Shown here: in pieces, positions 35,119 to 45,561 of the stretch
Position numbering within the stretch: position 1 is the first letter of the stretch
Layout: each line of letters starts with the position of its first letter
Assembly (NCBI GenBank): GCA_017463125.1
Contig: JAFTPV010000013.1
Location: forward strand, 79,926 to 143,925
Direction of reading: 5' to 3'
Origin: Clostridia bacterium
Lineage (GTDB): Bacteria > Bacillota > Clostridia > Oscillospirales > CAG-272
Length of the DNA: 64,000 bases
Position numbers and translations under genes: made by a program
Notes under the pieces: generated by a model
What the model saw: only the letters and a program-made list of their open reading frames with translations
Database searches by the model: none
Told to the model about the DNA's origin: nothing

Positions 35119-35850
35119 TTACTGTTTCTTCATTTGTCGGAGAAAGCAGAACACAGATGCCGCCGTTATAATTGCACTGTACAGAAAAATCGGCAGAACG
35201 TGTTCTCGGGCAAGCTCGAAGCTTCCGCAAAACAACGCTTTTTCCATTTTCGCCGCGTGAAAGAATGGGAGCGCGTTAGCTATTTTCTCAAAGAAGCCGC
35301 CAACAAGCGCTAAATCAAACCACACGCCCGAAAGCCATGCGCAGAGATTAGTAAGTAATGCTCCGCAAATACCGCCAACCTGCTTAACACCCAAAATACT
35401 GCCACACAAAAGCCCGAGGGCGATATTGAAAACAGCCATAGGTATCATACCGATAACTGCATAAATAATATTTACGCTAAAGGTCAGACCCAAGCAACAC
35501 GCAAACAGATAGCAGATAACTGTCTGTGCGAGAGAAATCGGCAAAAGCGGGAGCATATATCCTATGATAAAGTCAAATGCCGTAAGCGGTGTTGTATATA
35601 ATCTCTGTAAGAGTGCACTTTCACGGTCTTTTGCAATCAGAGTTGCGGAAAACAGAGTCATAAACGACAGTCCGAATACAGTAATTCCAGGAGTTAGTGT
35701 ATCAATCTCAAACAGACTCACGGGTATGTTTGTCTGCATAGCACTGAGAAGCAATAATAAAGCCAAAGGGAATCCCAAGCCGAAGCAAAGATTAATTTGA
35801 TCGCGCAAAATCTCTTTCGTACATCTTTTAGCAAAAGTCATCATTCTCAT
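35119..35850 (-). CDS. ABC-2 type transporter permease
   Basis: Six hydrophobic segments. It overlaps the upstream ATPase gene by 4 nt. Confidence 0.75.
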   Translation of the reverse strand: MRMMTFAKRCTKEILRDQINLCFGLGFPLALLLLLSAMQTNIPVSLFEIDTLTPGITVFGLSFMTLFSATLIAKDRESALLQRLYTTPLTAFDFIIGYMLPLLPISLAQTVICYLFACCLGLTFSVNIIYAVIGMIPMAVFNIALGLLCGSILGVKQVGGICGALLTNLCAWLSGVWFDLALVGGFFEKIANALPFFHAAKMEKALFCGSFELAREHVLPIFLYSAIITAASVFCFLRQMKKQ

Positions 35851-36575
35851 ACCGCGCCCTCCTTTACAATAGAAACGAAGGCAGCTTCAAAACCTCTTGT
35901 CCCTGCGCTATTGATTAGTTCTTCTGCCGTTCCGACGGCAAGAAGTCTGCCGCTTTTCATTATGCCTATGCGGTCGGAAAGCGCCTCGGCTTCTTCCATA
36001 TAGTGTGTAGTCAGGATAATCGTAACTTTGCCTTTCAAGGATCTAATCGTTTCCCAAAGCTCGTTCCTTGCAATGACGTCGAGTCCCAAAGTGGGTTCGT
36101 CCAAAAAAAGAATTTGAGGTTCGCTGATGAGAGCCATCGCAATGCTGACACGGCGCCCGTAACCGCCTGATAGCTTTCCGGCTTTTCTTTGTAAAACGGT
36201 ATCCAGAGCAAGCCTGTAGCAAATCTCTGTAATCTTTGCTTCCGTTTTTTCTTTAGAGAAGCCGTGAATACCGCACATCATTTCGAGATTTTCTTTTACT
36301 GAAAGATTCGGAGCAATGGCGGTTTCTTGTGGAGATACACCGATCAGGCGCTTTACCTGCCTCGATTCCTTCGTAATACTGTACCCACCTACAATAGCAT
36401 CACCGTCCGTAGGCTTTGTTAAGCAGGAAAGCATTTTGATAGTTGTGGTCTTTCCTGCGCCGTTTACACCAAGCAGAGAAAACAATTCACCTTGGCGGAT
36501 TTCCAAATTCAGCTTATCTACGGCAGTCAGATTTTTATACTGCTTAATAAGCCCCGTCGTTTTAATTGCGTACAT
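35847..36575 (-). CDS. ABC transporter ATP-binding protein
   Basis: Walker A 'GVNGAGKTT', signature 'LSGGYGRR', Walker B 'ILFLDEPT'. Confidence 0.93.
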   Translation of the reverse strand: MYAIKTTGLIKQYKNLTAVDKLNLEIRQGELFSLLGVNGAGKTTTIKMLSCLTKPTDGDAIVGGYSITKESRQVKRLIGVSPQETAIAPNLSVKENLEMMCGIHGFSKEKTEAKITEICYRLALDTVLQRKAGKLSGGYGRRVSIAMALISEPQILFLDEPTLGLDVIARNELWETIRSLKGKVTIILTTHYMEEAEALSDRIGIMKSGRLLAVGTAEELINSAGTRGFEAAFVSIVKEGAV

Positions 36576-36862
36576 TTGTATTATTCTCCATTTCGTTTTG
36601 TTTACGGGTATTATTATAGCATATAAAAAAGGAAAAATGTTGATTTTTGTCTGTTCGGTCGCATTCCACGTCTTATCGGTTATAGCATAAAAGAAAAATA
36701 TGCAAGCCCGCTTTATATTCCAACGCTTAAAACCGTATTTTTGAGTTAACCATAAATCACAGGGATATAACGGCGCGCCGCTCTTCGTTCGCGTTATTGA
36801 CTTTGCGCCTTATTTATGCTACAATTATATATTATAAACGTATAAAAGTCAGAGGACTGAAA

Positions 36863-39736
36863 ATGGAAATAAACGAAAGCTATTTTGGATTTAATCTGAA
36901 ATCAAAAAGAGTAATATACGAGGTGTCGGGAACGCTTAATGTTTTCGAGCATGAAAAAAGCGGGGCGCGCCTTTGCTACCTTGAGCGAGAGGACGAGAAT
37001 AAGACCTTTGCCATAGCCTTCAAGACTCCTCCGAAGGACAGCACGGGCGTGTTTCATATAATAGAGCATTCGGTTCTCTCCGGATCGAGAAAATTTCCGG
37101 TAAAGGAGCCGTTCGTTGAGCTTCTCAAGGGGTCGCTCAACACCTTTCTCAACGCCCTGACGTACGAGGATAAAACGGTTTACCCCGTAGCATCCCGTAA
37201 CGAAAAGGACTTTTTTAATCTGACGGAGGTATATCTTGACGCGGTATTTCACCCGCTTATGCTTGAGGACGAAGCGATTTTTTACAACGAGGGCTGGCGT
37301 TACGAATACAGCGAAGGAGGCGAGCTGACCTATAACGGCGTCGTATATAACGAGATGAAGGGGGCGTACTCCTCCCCAGACGAGCTTGCGGTGTCATCGC
37401 TCAACAAGGCGCTGTTTACCGGCAGCATATACGAGTACGACTCGGGCGGCGACCCCGAAGAAATAACCCGGCTGTCATACGAGGACTTCGTCAACACACA
37501 CAAGCGCTATTATCATCCCTCAAATTCATATATTTTCCTTGACGGCTCACTTGATATCGAAAAGGCGCTCGGTCTTATAGACTCCTACCTCTCGGAATAT
37601 GAAAGAAAAGAGATGAATATTGCCGACACACCTGCCGCACCGCGCGACGCCGGTGTTATAAAAATCCCGTTTGAGCCTACGGGTGACGGCGAGGAGGCTC
37701 GGGTTATCTCGGCAAGCGTCTTTGCCGATTGTAACAAACCGGAAATGCTCGTAGCGACCTCAGTACTCCTTAATTCCATTGCCGGCGCAAACGACTCACC
37801 GCTGAAAAAGGCGATGATAGACGAGGGGCTTTGCGAGGACGTTTCGGTATTTACGAATACGGCTCTTATGCAAACGGTTATGCTGGAATATCACGGTGTT
37901 AGACCCGAATATGCCGAAAAAATTCTCGCACGTCAAAACGAAATACTGACCACACTTGCGGAAGGCGGACTTGATATGCAGACGGTAAGGGCAAATCTCG
38001 ACCGGCTAAAATTCAGATACAGAGAAAAGGACTACGGCTCTCTTCCAAAGGGCGTTGCATTTGCTTTTTCGGTATACGGGGTTTGGCTTTACGGGATAGA
38101 TCCCGCCGCCGCTCTATGCTACGAGGACACCCTCGAATATCTCTACTCAAGGCTTGATAGTGATTTTTATTTTAGCGTCCTTCGGGATATGCTTATAAGC
38201 ACGCACCACAGAGCTACGGCAATACTCGTACCCGACAAGACGTGCAGAGAAAGAAAAGAGGAGCTACTAAAAAATTCTCTTGCAAAAATCGATAAGGAGA
38301 TGAGCCGAGAGGATAAGGATAAAATCAAACGCATCGAGTGTCTTGTCAAAGAGAGAAACGAGTCGGAGGACTCCCCCGAGGCTCTTGCAAGTCTTCCAAC
38401 ACTCAAGCTCTCCGATATTAATCTGTCTGAAAAGGAAAATTTCACTCACGTTATTTCTAAAGACGGAGCAAAAATTTTGCACCACAAGCTCGAAACAGAA
38501 GGCATAATGTACACAGAACTTTACTTTTCCGTGCACGATCTTGATGAAAACGAGCTTTCTTTGCTCCCCGTTCTATCCTCGGTTTTAGCCAATTCCGACA
38601 CGGAAAATTATACCGAATCCGAGCTGAAAAACAAAATCAGATCCTCCCTTGGCAGCTTCAGCATTATTGCATCGGCAATTCCCGACGCACATGACACGTC
38701 TCTGGCAACACCATACGTTACCATACACACCAGCGCTCTTATAGAAAACCGAGATGAGCTTATTCACCTTATCGGTGAGGTTCTTACTAAAACGAAATTC
38801 ACGGACGTAAGGAATATCAAAAAAATCCTTCTTCAGATACGCTCTATTACAGAGGAATCTATCCTGCTTGGCGCAGACGGGGTTGCTATGGAGCGCGTAG
38901 ACTCGGCTCTTTGCGCCTGCGGTGCGACACAGGAAAAGATTTCAGGGCTTTTTGCGTATGAAAAAATAAAGGAATATATTCGTGATTTTGACAGTCGGGG
39001 CGAGACCTTTGCAAAAAGGCTATCAGAGCTTTCGGAGCGGATATTTATCAAAGAGCGACTGACCGTCGGATGCACAGGCTGTGACGAGCAGACGGGACGG
39101 GATATTGCAGAGCTTTTCCCCTCGGGCAATATCGGTAACAGAATAAAATTCGAGCCGAGCGGCATACGCATGGAAGGAATCTCTCTGCCCCTTGAAATTT
39201 CGCACACGGCATTTGGAATTTTCTCCGAAAAAATACCTTCTCACATAGGTGCCTTGAGAGTTGCGAGAAATATACTCTCATACGAATATCTGTGGGGCGA
39301 AATAAGGGTAAAGGGCGGAGCATACGGTACAGGCTTTACGGCAAGGCGTCACGGAACTGCCATCTTCTACTCCTACCGTGATCCGTCACCCGATGGTTCT
39401 CTAAAATGCTTTCTCAAGGCTGCTGACTTTTTGACCGATTTTGCTATGGGAGAGCCCGACCTCGCCAAATATATCATAGGCGCTATCGGGGAATACGATA
39501 TAATACAAACACCGAGAGCAAAGGCGACGGCTGCTACGATAAATCATCTTGCCTGCCGAGATGCGATGGATGAGAAGAAAATACGCGAGGATATTCTTAC
39601 AACGAGCTGTGCTTCTCTTCTTGAGGTAGCGGAACTTATCAGAGAGGCTCTGGTTCACTCATCCTTCACGGTAACGGCAAACGACGGTATACTAGATAGC
39701 GTTTGCGGGATAGGCGACAATATAATTATCCCGTGA
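36863..39736 (+). CDS. M16-family (insulinase/PreP-like) zinc metallopeptidase
   Basis: 'HIIEHSVLSGS' (HxxEH) and a length near 957 aa. ATG 36863 (MEINESYFGF) is preferred over the upstream alternative start. Confidence 0.85.
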   Translation: MEINESYFGFNLKSKRVIYEVSGTLNVFEHEKSGARLCYLEREDENKTFAIAFKTPPKDSTGVFHIIEHSVLSGSRKFPVKEPFVELLKGSLNTFLNALTYEDKTVYPVASRNEKDFFNLTEVYLDAVFHPLMLEDEAIFYNEGWRYEYSEGGELTYNGVVYNEMKGAYSSPDELAVSSLNKALFTGSIYEYDSGGDPEEITRLSYEDFVNTHKRYYHPSNSYIFLDGSLDIEKALGLIDSYLSEYERKEMNIADTPAAPRDAGVIKIPFEPTGDGEEARVISASVFADCNKPEMLVATSVLLNSIAGANDSPLKKAMIDEGLCEDVSVFTNTALMQTVMLEYHGVRPEYAEKILARQNEILTTLAEGGLDMQTVRANLDRLKFRYREKDYGSLPKGVAFAFSVYGVWLYGIDPAAALCYEDTLEYLYSRLDSDFYFSVLRDMLISTHHRATAILVPDKTCRERKEELLKNSLAKIDKEMSREDKDKIKRIECLVKERNESEDSPEALASLPTLKLSDINLSEKENFTHVISKDGAKILHHKLETEGIMYTELYFSVHDLDENELSLLPVLSSVLANSDTENYTESELKNKIRSSLGSFSIIASAIPDAHDTSLATPYVTIHTSALIENRDELIHLIGEVLTKTKFTDVRNIKKILLQIRSITEESILLGADGVAMERVDSALCACGATQEKISGLFAYEKIKEYIRDFDSRGETFAKRLSELSERIFIKERLTVGCTGCDEQTGRDIAELFPSGNIGNRIKFEPSGIRMEGISLPLEISHTAFGIFSEKIPSHIGALRVARNILSYEYLWGEIRVKGGAYGTGFTARRHGTAIFYSYRDPSPDGSLKCFLKAADFLTDFAMGEPDLAKYIIGAIGEYDIIQTPRAKATAATINHLACRDAMDEKKIREDILTTSCASLLEVAELIREALVHSSFTVTANDGILDSVCGIGDNIIIP

Positions 39737-39903
39737 CAGTTAAAATTAAAACAAATTAAAACAAAAATTTCAGGAAAGATTGACATTTTCCGCAGAACAG
39801 TGTATAATAATATGATGTAAATAAATGCTTTTTTGTATTGCGAATAAGAGAAAAGCCACAGTACAAAATAAGTGTAAGCAAAAAAATAAGAAAGGCAAAT
39901 TTT

Positions 39904-42003
39904 ATGGATTACAGGTACGAAGGCTGGGAAGGCTTTGAAGACGGTAAATGGACTAAAGAAATCCATGTCAGAAGCTTTATAACCCACAACTATACTCCCT
40001 ACGACGGCGACGATAAATTCCTCGTAGGCCCAACAAATGATACTCTAGAGCTTTGGGACCAGGTTCTTGAGCTTTCAAAGCAGGAAAGAGAGGCCGGCGG
40101 CGTTCTCGATATGGATACAAAGATCATATCCACGATAACCTCTCACGGCCCCGGTTATCTCAATAAAGAAAAAGAAAAAATCGTCGGCTTCCAGACAGAC
40201 AAGCCCTTCAAGCGTGCGCTTATGCCCTACGGAGGTATAAGAATGGCGGAGAAGGCATGCAAGGACAACGGCTACGAGATCGACCCCGAGGTGAAGGAAT
40301 TCTTCACCCTTCACAGAAAGACGCATAACGCCGGCGTTTTTGACGCATATACTCCCGAGATGCGCGCCTGCCGTTCAAGTCATATTATAACGGGTCTTCC
40401 CGATGCTTACGGCAGAGGCAGAATTATCGGCGACTACCGACGCGTTGCCCTCTACGGCGTTGACCGTCTTATCGAGGACAAGAAACAGCAGAAGGAAACC
40501 ACCCGCTCTACGATGCTTGCGGACGTTATCCGTGACAGAGAGGAGCTATCCGAGCAGATCCGCGCTCTTGAGGATCTTAAGAAAATGGCACTCGCCTACG
40601 GCTATGACATTTCTCTTCCCGCAAGAGATACCAAGGAGGCTATTCAGTGGCTCTATTTCGGATATCTTGCGGCAGTTAAGGAGCAGAACGGTGCGGCAAT
40701 GTCCCTCGGACGTACCTCAACCTTCCTCGATATTTATGCAGAGCGCGACCTTGCGCGCGGTACGTATACGGAAAGTGAGATTCAGGAGCTCGTCGACCAC
40801 TTCATTATGAAGCTGAGGCTCGTTAAATTTGCCCGTACTCCTGAGTACAATTCTCTCTTCTCCGGAGATCCCCAGTGGGTTACCGAGTCTATCGGCGGCA
40901 TGGCGGTTGACGGACGTCATCTCGTAACAAAGATGTCCTACCGTTATCTGCATACCCTCGAGAATCTCGGCGCGGCTCCCGAGCCAAACCTCACGGTTCT
41001 CTGGTCCACAAGACTTCCGGAGAATTTCAAGCGCTTCTGTGCAAGAATCTCTATCGAAACCTCGTCCGTTCAGTATGAGAATGACGACCTTATGCGCTTT
41101 ACACACGGCGACGACTACGCTATCGCCTGCTGCGTTTCATCTATGCGAGTTGGTAAGGAGATGCAGTTCTTCGGTGCTAGAGCAAACCTTGCAAAATGTC
41201 TGCTTTATGCTATCAACGGCGGTGTGGACGAAATAACCGGTAAGCAGATAGGCCCCGAATACAGAGCCGTAACTACCGAGTATCTCGATTACGACGACGT
41301 TATGAAAAAGTACGACGATATGATGAGATGGCTCGCAGGCGTTTACGTAAACACGCTGAACATCATTCACTATATGCACGACAAGTACTGCTACGAGAAG
41401 ATACAGATGGCCCTTCACGACAAGAACGTGACCCGCTGGTTTGCGACCGGTATCGCAGGTCTTTCGGTTGTGGCAGACTCGCTCTCGGCTATCAAGTACG
41501 CAAAGGTTAAGACTGTCAGAAACGATGCGGGAATCGTAGTAGACTACGAGATTGAGGGCGATTTCCCGAAATACGGCAACGACGATGACAGAGTTGACTC
41601 TATCGCGTACGAGATCGTCCATCGCTTCATGGAGCACGTGAGAAAGAACCACACGTACAGAGACAGTATTCCGACCACCTCTATCCTTACCATCACCTCA
41701 AACGTTGTTTACGGTAAGAACACCGGTGCTACTCCTGACGGACGTAAGCAGGGCGAGGCCTTTGCTCCCGGAGCTAACCCGATGCATAAGAGAGATACTC
41801 ACGGCGCTATTGCGTCCCTTGCCTCTGTATCAAAGCTCCCCTTCCGCGACGCGCAGGACGGCATTTCCAACACCTTCTCTATTATTCCCGGAGCGCTCGG
41901 TAAGGACGACGCTATCTTCGTTGGCGACATTGAGGTTGATATGGAATGCACGAGCGGCGCTTGCTCATCTCCCACACTCTTTGAGGGTCTTGACGCAAAA
42001 TAA
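39904..42003 (+). CDS. pflB: pyruvate formate-lyase, large fragment lacking the glycyl-radical domain
   Basis: Catalytic 'IACCVSSM' Cys-Cys, '[10 protein letters not shown]' and '[12 protein letters not shown]'. The ORF ends after a non-conserved 30-aa tail, before the glycyl-radical motif. Confidence 0.9.
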   Translation: MDYRYEGWEGFEDGKWTKEIHVRSFITHNYTPYDGDDKFLVGPTNDTLELWDQVLELSKQEREAGGVLDMDTKIISTITSHGPGYLNKEKEKIVGFQTDKPFKRALMPYGGIRMAEKACKDNGYEIDPEVKEFFTLHRKTHNAGVFDAYTPEMRACRSSHIITGLPDAYGRGRIIGDYRRVALYGVDRLIEDKKQQKETTRSTMLADVIRDREELSEQIRALEDLKKMALAYGYDISLPARDTKEAIQWLYFGYLAAVKEQNGAAMSLGRTSTFLDIYAERDLARGTYTESEIQELVDHFIMKLRLVKFARTPEYNSLFSGDPQWVTESIGGMAVDGRHLVTKMSYRYLHTLENLGAAPEPNLTVLWSTRLPENFKRFCARISIETSSVQYENDDLMRFTHGDDYAIACCVSSMRVGKEMQFFGARANLAKCLLYAINGGVDEITGKQIGPEYRAVTTEYLDYDDVMKKYDDMMRWLAGVYVNTLNIIHYMHDKYCYEKIQMALHDKNVTRWFATGIAGLSVVADSLSAIKYAKVKTVRNDAGIVVDYEIEGDFPKYGNDDDRVDSIAYEIVHRFMEHVRKNHTYRDSIPTTSILTITSNVVYGKNTGATPDGRKQGEAFAPGANPMHKRDTHGAIASLASVSKLPFRDAQDGISNTFSIIPGALGKDDAIFVGDIEVDMECTSGACSSPTLFEGLDAK

Positions 42004-42026
42004 AGAACAAGAAAGGAAAAAACAAA

Positions 42027-42269
42027 ATGGCAGCAACAGAAAACCAGATAGATAATCTTGTATCACTTCTTGACGGATACGTTGAAAAGGGCGGACACCA
42101 CCTGAACGTCAACGTTTTTACCCGCGAGACGCTTCTTGATGCACAAAAGCATCCTGAAAAGTATCCACAGCTTACCGTCAGAGTCAGCGGCTATGCAGTT
42201 AATTTCATCAAGCTGACGAAGGAGCAGCAGGACGAGGTAATATCCCGTACCTTCCACGACAAGATATAA
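42027..42269 (+). CDS. stand-alone glycyl-radical domain (GrcA/YfiD-like), 80 aa
   Basis: '[17 protein letters not shown]...[35 protein letters not shown]' carries the RVSGYAV glycyl-radical motif. Its own SD (GAAAGGAAAA) and ATG lie 23 nt after the pflB stop. Confidence 0.85.
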   Translation: MAATENQIDNLVSLLDGYVEKGGHHLNVNVFTRETLLDAQKHPEKYPQLTVRVSGYAVNFIKLTKEQQDEVISRTFHDKI

Positions 42270-42425
42270 TTTAATATCTATTACCGTAAAACCGCGTTGG
42301 CAGACACTCTGTCGGCGCGGTTTTTATTTCGCTATGCTCATGTGAGGGTCGAATTTGCTAAAAAATATTGATTATTGCGCGATTAAGTGATATAATAAAA
42401 GTAAATATAACCGTGAGGAATTACA

Positions 42426-43175
42426 ATGAGTAAGGATATAAAGGGTAAAATACACTCCATAGAGAGCTTCGGTACGGTTGACGGGCCCGGTATCCGCTTC
42501 GTTATCTTCTTGCAGGGCTGTCCTATGCGCTGTCTTTACTGTCACAACCCTGATACGTGGAATATGTCGGACGGAGATGAGATGAGCGCCGAGGAGCTTA
42601 TCAAGGAATATGAAAAAAACCGCGCCTTTTATACAAAGGGCGGCATTACCGTTACAGGCGGCGAGCCTCTTTTACAGGTTGATTTTGTTACAGAGCTTTT
42701 CAGACTTGCGAAGAAAAAAAATATCCATACCGCTATCGACACCTCGGGTATTACTTATACCAACGGCGGAAGGTCGCTCGATGAGCTTATGAAATATACT
42801 GATCTCGTGATGCTTGACGTAAAGCACATTGATTCTGAAAAGCACAAGGCTTTGACGGGACACTCAAACGAGCGCATACTCGCCTTTACAAAATATCTTG
42901 AAGAAAAAAATATACCCGTATGGATAAGGCACGTGGTAATTGAGGGATACACGGACGGTGAGGCAGACCTCTACGAGCTTGGCAGATTTATCGGAGGACT
43001 AAAAAACCTAAAAGCGCTTGACGTTTTGCCCTATCATACTATGGGCAAGGCAAAATACGAGGAGCTGGGGCTTGAATATCCACTCGCCAACGTCCCGCCT
43101 CTCACAGCCTCTGCCGCAAGGGTGGCAAAGGAGCATATTCTCCGAGGTGTGAGGGACGTAAGGGAGAATGTTTGA
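42426..43175 (+). CDS. pflA: pyruvate formate-lyase activating enzyme (radical SAM)
   Basis: 'GPGIRFVIFLQGCPMRCLYCHNPDTW' (CxxxCxxC cluster) and 'GGITVTGGEPL'. Confidence 0.92.
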   Translation: MSKDIKGKIHSIESFGTVDGPGIRFVIFLQGCPMRCLYCHNPDTWNMSDGDEMSAEELIKEYEKNRAFYTKGGITVTGGEPLLQVDFVTELFRLAKKKNIHTAIDTSGITYTNGGRSLDELMKYTDLVMLDVKHIDSEKHKALTGHSNERILAFTKYLEEKNIPVWIRHVVIEGYTDGEADLYELGRFIGGLKNLKALDVLPYHTMGKAKYEELGLEYPLANVPPLTASAARVAKEHILRGVRDVRENV

Positions 43176-43187
43176 AGGGAGAGCTTT

Positions 43188-43799
43188 ATGAAATATGACC
43201 TGTCGGAGCTTGATGCAAGAGTCAGGGCAAAAAAACGCGATTTTCTGACAAGGTTTACCGTAACGGCCGTCCTCGGACTTATGCTTATAGTGCTTGCCTT
43301 TGTAAATATTGCGGGCGACACTATGCGCCTTGCCTGCGGGATTACGGCTGCGGTAATGCTCTTTTACTTAAAAAATCTCTATGATGCATACGACGCAAAG
43401 ACTCTTTTCTCAAAGGAAATGAAGGGTGAAAACATAAAGGAGCATCTTTACACGGTATCCAAGGCGTACGGTCCGGGGTTAAGGTATAAGCAGGTGGGCT
43501 CCTCGGGCCTTCAGCCTTTTGCGCCGAACACCGGAGCGAATAAAAGAAAGCATTATCCAAATCTTAAAAGCTCGGTGTACTTAAGGCTTGAGGACGGTGA
43601 CGTCACGGAAATCAGAGGACTTAATAAGGAGCATATAGAGCTTTACGAGGAAGGTGACACCCTCTTTAAGCCGGCAGGCGCTAAATACCCGATAATTGTG
43701 AGCCGCTCCGTCACAAGACAGCCCTGCCCGCTCTGCGGCACGGTGAATGACGCCTCCGACACGGAATGTCTGACCTGCGCCCTGCCCTGCAATAAGTAA
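43188..43799 (+). CDS. hypothetical membrane protein with C-terminal zinc-ribbon (CPLCG...CLTC)
   Basis: Two hydrophobic helices near the N-terminus, and the Cys pairs 'CPLCGTVNDASDTECLTCALPC'. Confidence 0.5.
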   Translation: MKYDLSELDARVRAKKRDFLTRFTVTAVLGLMLIVLAFVNIAGDTMRLACGITAAVMLFYLKNLYDAYDAKTLFSKEMKGENIKEHLYTVSKAYGPGLRYKQVGSSGLQPFAPNTGANKRKHYPNLKSSVYLRLEDGDVTEIRGLNKEHIELYEEGDTLFKPAGAKYPIIVSRSVTRQPCPLCGTVNDASDTECLTCALPCNK

Positions 43800-43847
43800 A
43801 ATCTACACAAAATGTAAGAATTATTTTCTGAAAAGGAAGCCACTAGG

Positions 43848-44810
43848 ATGAAAAGAGTTTTGTCCACAACTCTTGTGTTATTTACTATAATACTTTTGAT
43901 TTTTGGTGCTGTGATGTTTTTCACAATTACCAATTTCACATCATATAACACCTCGCTGACCGTAGACGAGGACAATCGTCTGCTCTCGAGCGACGGAGAA
44001 AGCATTACTATCCTTCAGCTCACGGACGTACAAACGGCAAATCTTATAGAGTGCGCTATGGCGTACCCCTCCGTCAAGCGAATGGTTGATAAATGCAAGC
44101 CGGATATGATAGTTCTTACTGGTGACAACATCTCCGATAATTCGGACACTATGGTTTTATCGGCTTTTATAAGTCTTATGGACAGCTTTGAGCTTCCTTG
44201 GGCGCTTGTGTTCGGTAATCACGACAGAAATTCCGCCGTTTCTATGGAGGATATTTGTTCTTCAATTGAAGCAAGCAGGTACAGCCTCTTTAAGACAGGG
44301 TATCTTGATGACAGATACGGAAATTATTACTATAATATAGAGCTTCAGGGTGAAACTGTTCGTACTCTGATATTTATGGATTCTGCAAAATCTAATTTTA
44401 CCGAGGAGCAGGTCGAGTGGTATGAGAATACAGTAAGCTCGATTTCAAAGAGAGAGGGCGAGGTTATCCCCTCGTTTGTATTCTTCCATATTCCGATACA
44501 GCAGACCGAGGCAGCACATCAGATATACGCTGAAAACTCCTCCGTAGGCTCGGGAATACAGGCTGATAAGGTGGACGTTCAAGACGAGGACACGGGATTT
44601 TTTGACACCGCGAAGACTCTCGGCAGTACAGACGCGCTTTTCTACGGACACGACCATAGGAACAATACCTTCATAGAATACGAGGATATTCTTTTCTGCT
44701 ACGGAAGAAAAACGGGTACTACGGTTTACTTCGAGCCGGGAATGACGGGTGCAAATCTTATCACCGTTACGGCAGATGATTTTACCGTAGAACGCGTAGA
44801 TTGGAAATAA
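43848..44810 (+). CDS. calcineurin-like metallophosphoesterase with signal-anchor
   Basis: 'ILQLTDVQ', 'VLTGDNISD', 'VFGNHD', 'FFHIP', 'FYGHDH' motifs. Confidence 0.8.
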   Translation: MKRVLSTTLVLFTIILLIFGAVMFFTITNFTSYNTSLTVDEDNRLLSSDGESITILQLTDVQTANLIECAMAYPSVKRMVDKCKPDMIVLTGDNISDNSDTMVLSAFISLMDSFELPWALVFGNHDRNSAVSMEDICSSIEASRYSLFKTGYLDDRYGNYYYNIELQGETVRTLIFMDSAKSNFTEEQVEWYENTVSSISKREGEVIPSFVFFHIPIQQTEAAHQIYAENSSVGSGIQADKVDVQDEDTGFFDTAKTLGSTDALFYGHDHRNNTFIEYEDILFCYGRKTGTTVYFEPGMTGANLITVTADDFTVERVDWK

Positions 44811-44831
44811 TTATTTACATTTGTCAATAAA

Positions 44832-44861
44832 TATCCCCTGTATAACAGGGGATTTCATTTT
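44832..44861 (+). terminator. rho-independent terminator (ATCCCCTGT-ATAA-CAGGGGAT plus T-rich tail)
   Basis: A perfect 8-9 bp stem directly after the phosphoesterase gene. Confidence 0.7.
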
Positions 44862-44965
44862 CGGGCATAGCCCTGCCTGTTGTCAGTGCGCACGGGCGTG
44901 TTCCAGATTTGCCTGCCAGCCATGCAGTTGTTGCTTGCTACCCGTAAACGTGTTTCACCATAAGC

Positions 44966-45093
44966 CTCCCTTGTGTAAAGGGATGTGGCAAGCAGATGCT
45001 TGCATCTGCGACGGAGGGATTGGAGGATATTTTTTAAATTCCTTTGCCAATCCCTCACCCGACTTTGTCGGGAGCTCCCTTTACACAAGGGAG
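44966..45093. repeat. REP-like nested palindromic element (about 128 bp)
   Basis: Perfect 18-bp closing inverted repeat CTCCCTTGTGTAAAGGGA (44966-44983) / TCCCTTTACACAAGGGAG (45076-45093). It encloses GAGGGATTGG/CCAATCCCTC (45014-45023 / 45048-45057), GCAAGCA/TGCTTGC and CCCGAC/GTCGGG hairpins. Confidence 0.6.
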
Positions 45094-45268
45094 CCTTCGG
45101 AACAATAACATTCTGCGTTTGTTTTTTATTTGCTCTCTGTTCATCGGCAAAGCCTTCTCATTCATGATTTTTCCAAGCTATATAGACCGAATTTGGTTAA
45201 TTGTCAAAAGACAAATTATGAGTTATAATATATATAGCCGTTTTCGGATTATAAAAAGGAGAACACAA

Positions 45269-45532
45269 ATGGAAAATTTTTTAAGCCAACTGTATTGCGG
45301 TCAAATCCACCCTGCCGCAAATGAAGGAAAATACATAAAGGAGCTGACGGCTCTTGAAAAATTAAGTGAAAATATACTTAAAAAGCTCGAGTGTCGGCTA
45401 GACGATAACGCAAAAGCCGAGCTAAAGAAATTTATTGATTGCAGGCAGGAGTTGGAATTTATTATGGAGGAGGACGCTTTTGCAAAAGGTGTCAGCTTCG
45501 CGGCTGAATTTCTCGTATCAGCCTTGGGTTAA
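45269..45532 (+). CDS. hypothetical small helical protein (87 aa)
   Basis: SD AAAGGAGAA precedes ATG 45269 (MENFLSQLYCGQIHP...). The upstream part of the tracked ORF crosses the palindromic element and is unlikely to be coding. Confidence 0.45.
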   Translation: MENFLSQLYCGQIHPAANEGKYIKELTALEKLSENILKKLECRLDDNAKAELKKFIDCRQELEFIMEEDAFAKGVSFAAEFLVSALG

Positions 45533-45561
45533 TCGCTCTGATAAAATAGCATACAATACTT

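Noticed and set aside
44821-45167. Several 60-95-aa ORFs on both strands across 44821-45167.
   Set aside because: They run through the nested palindromic element. Mirror-image ORFs on both strands are the expected artefact of long inverted repeats, and none has an SD.
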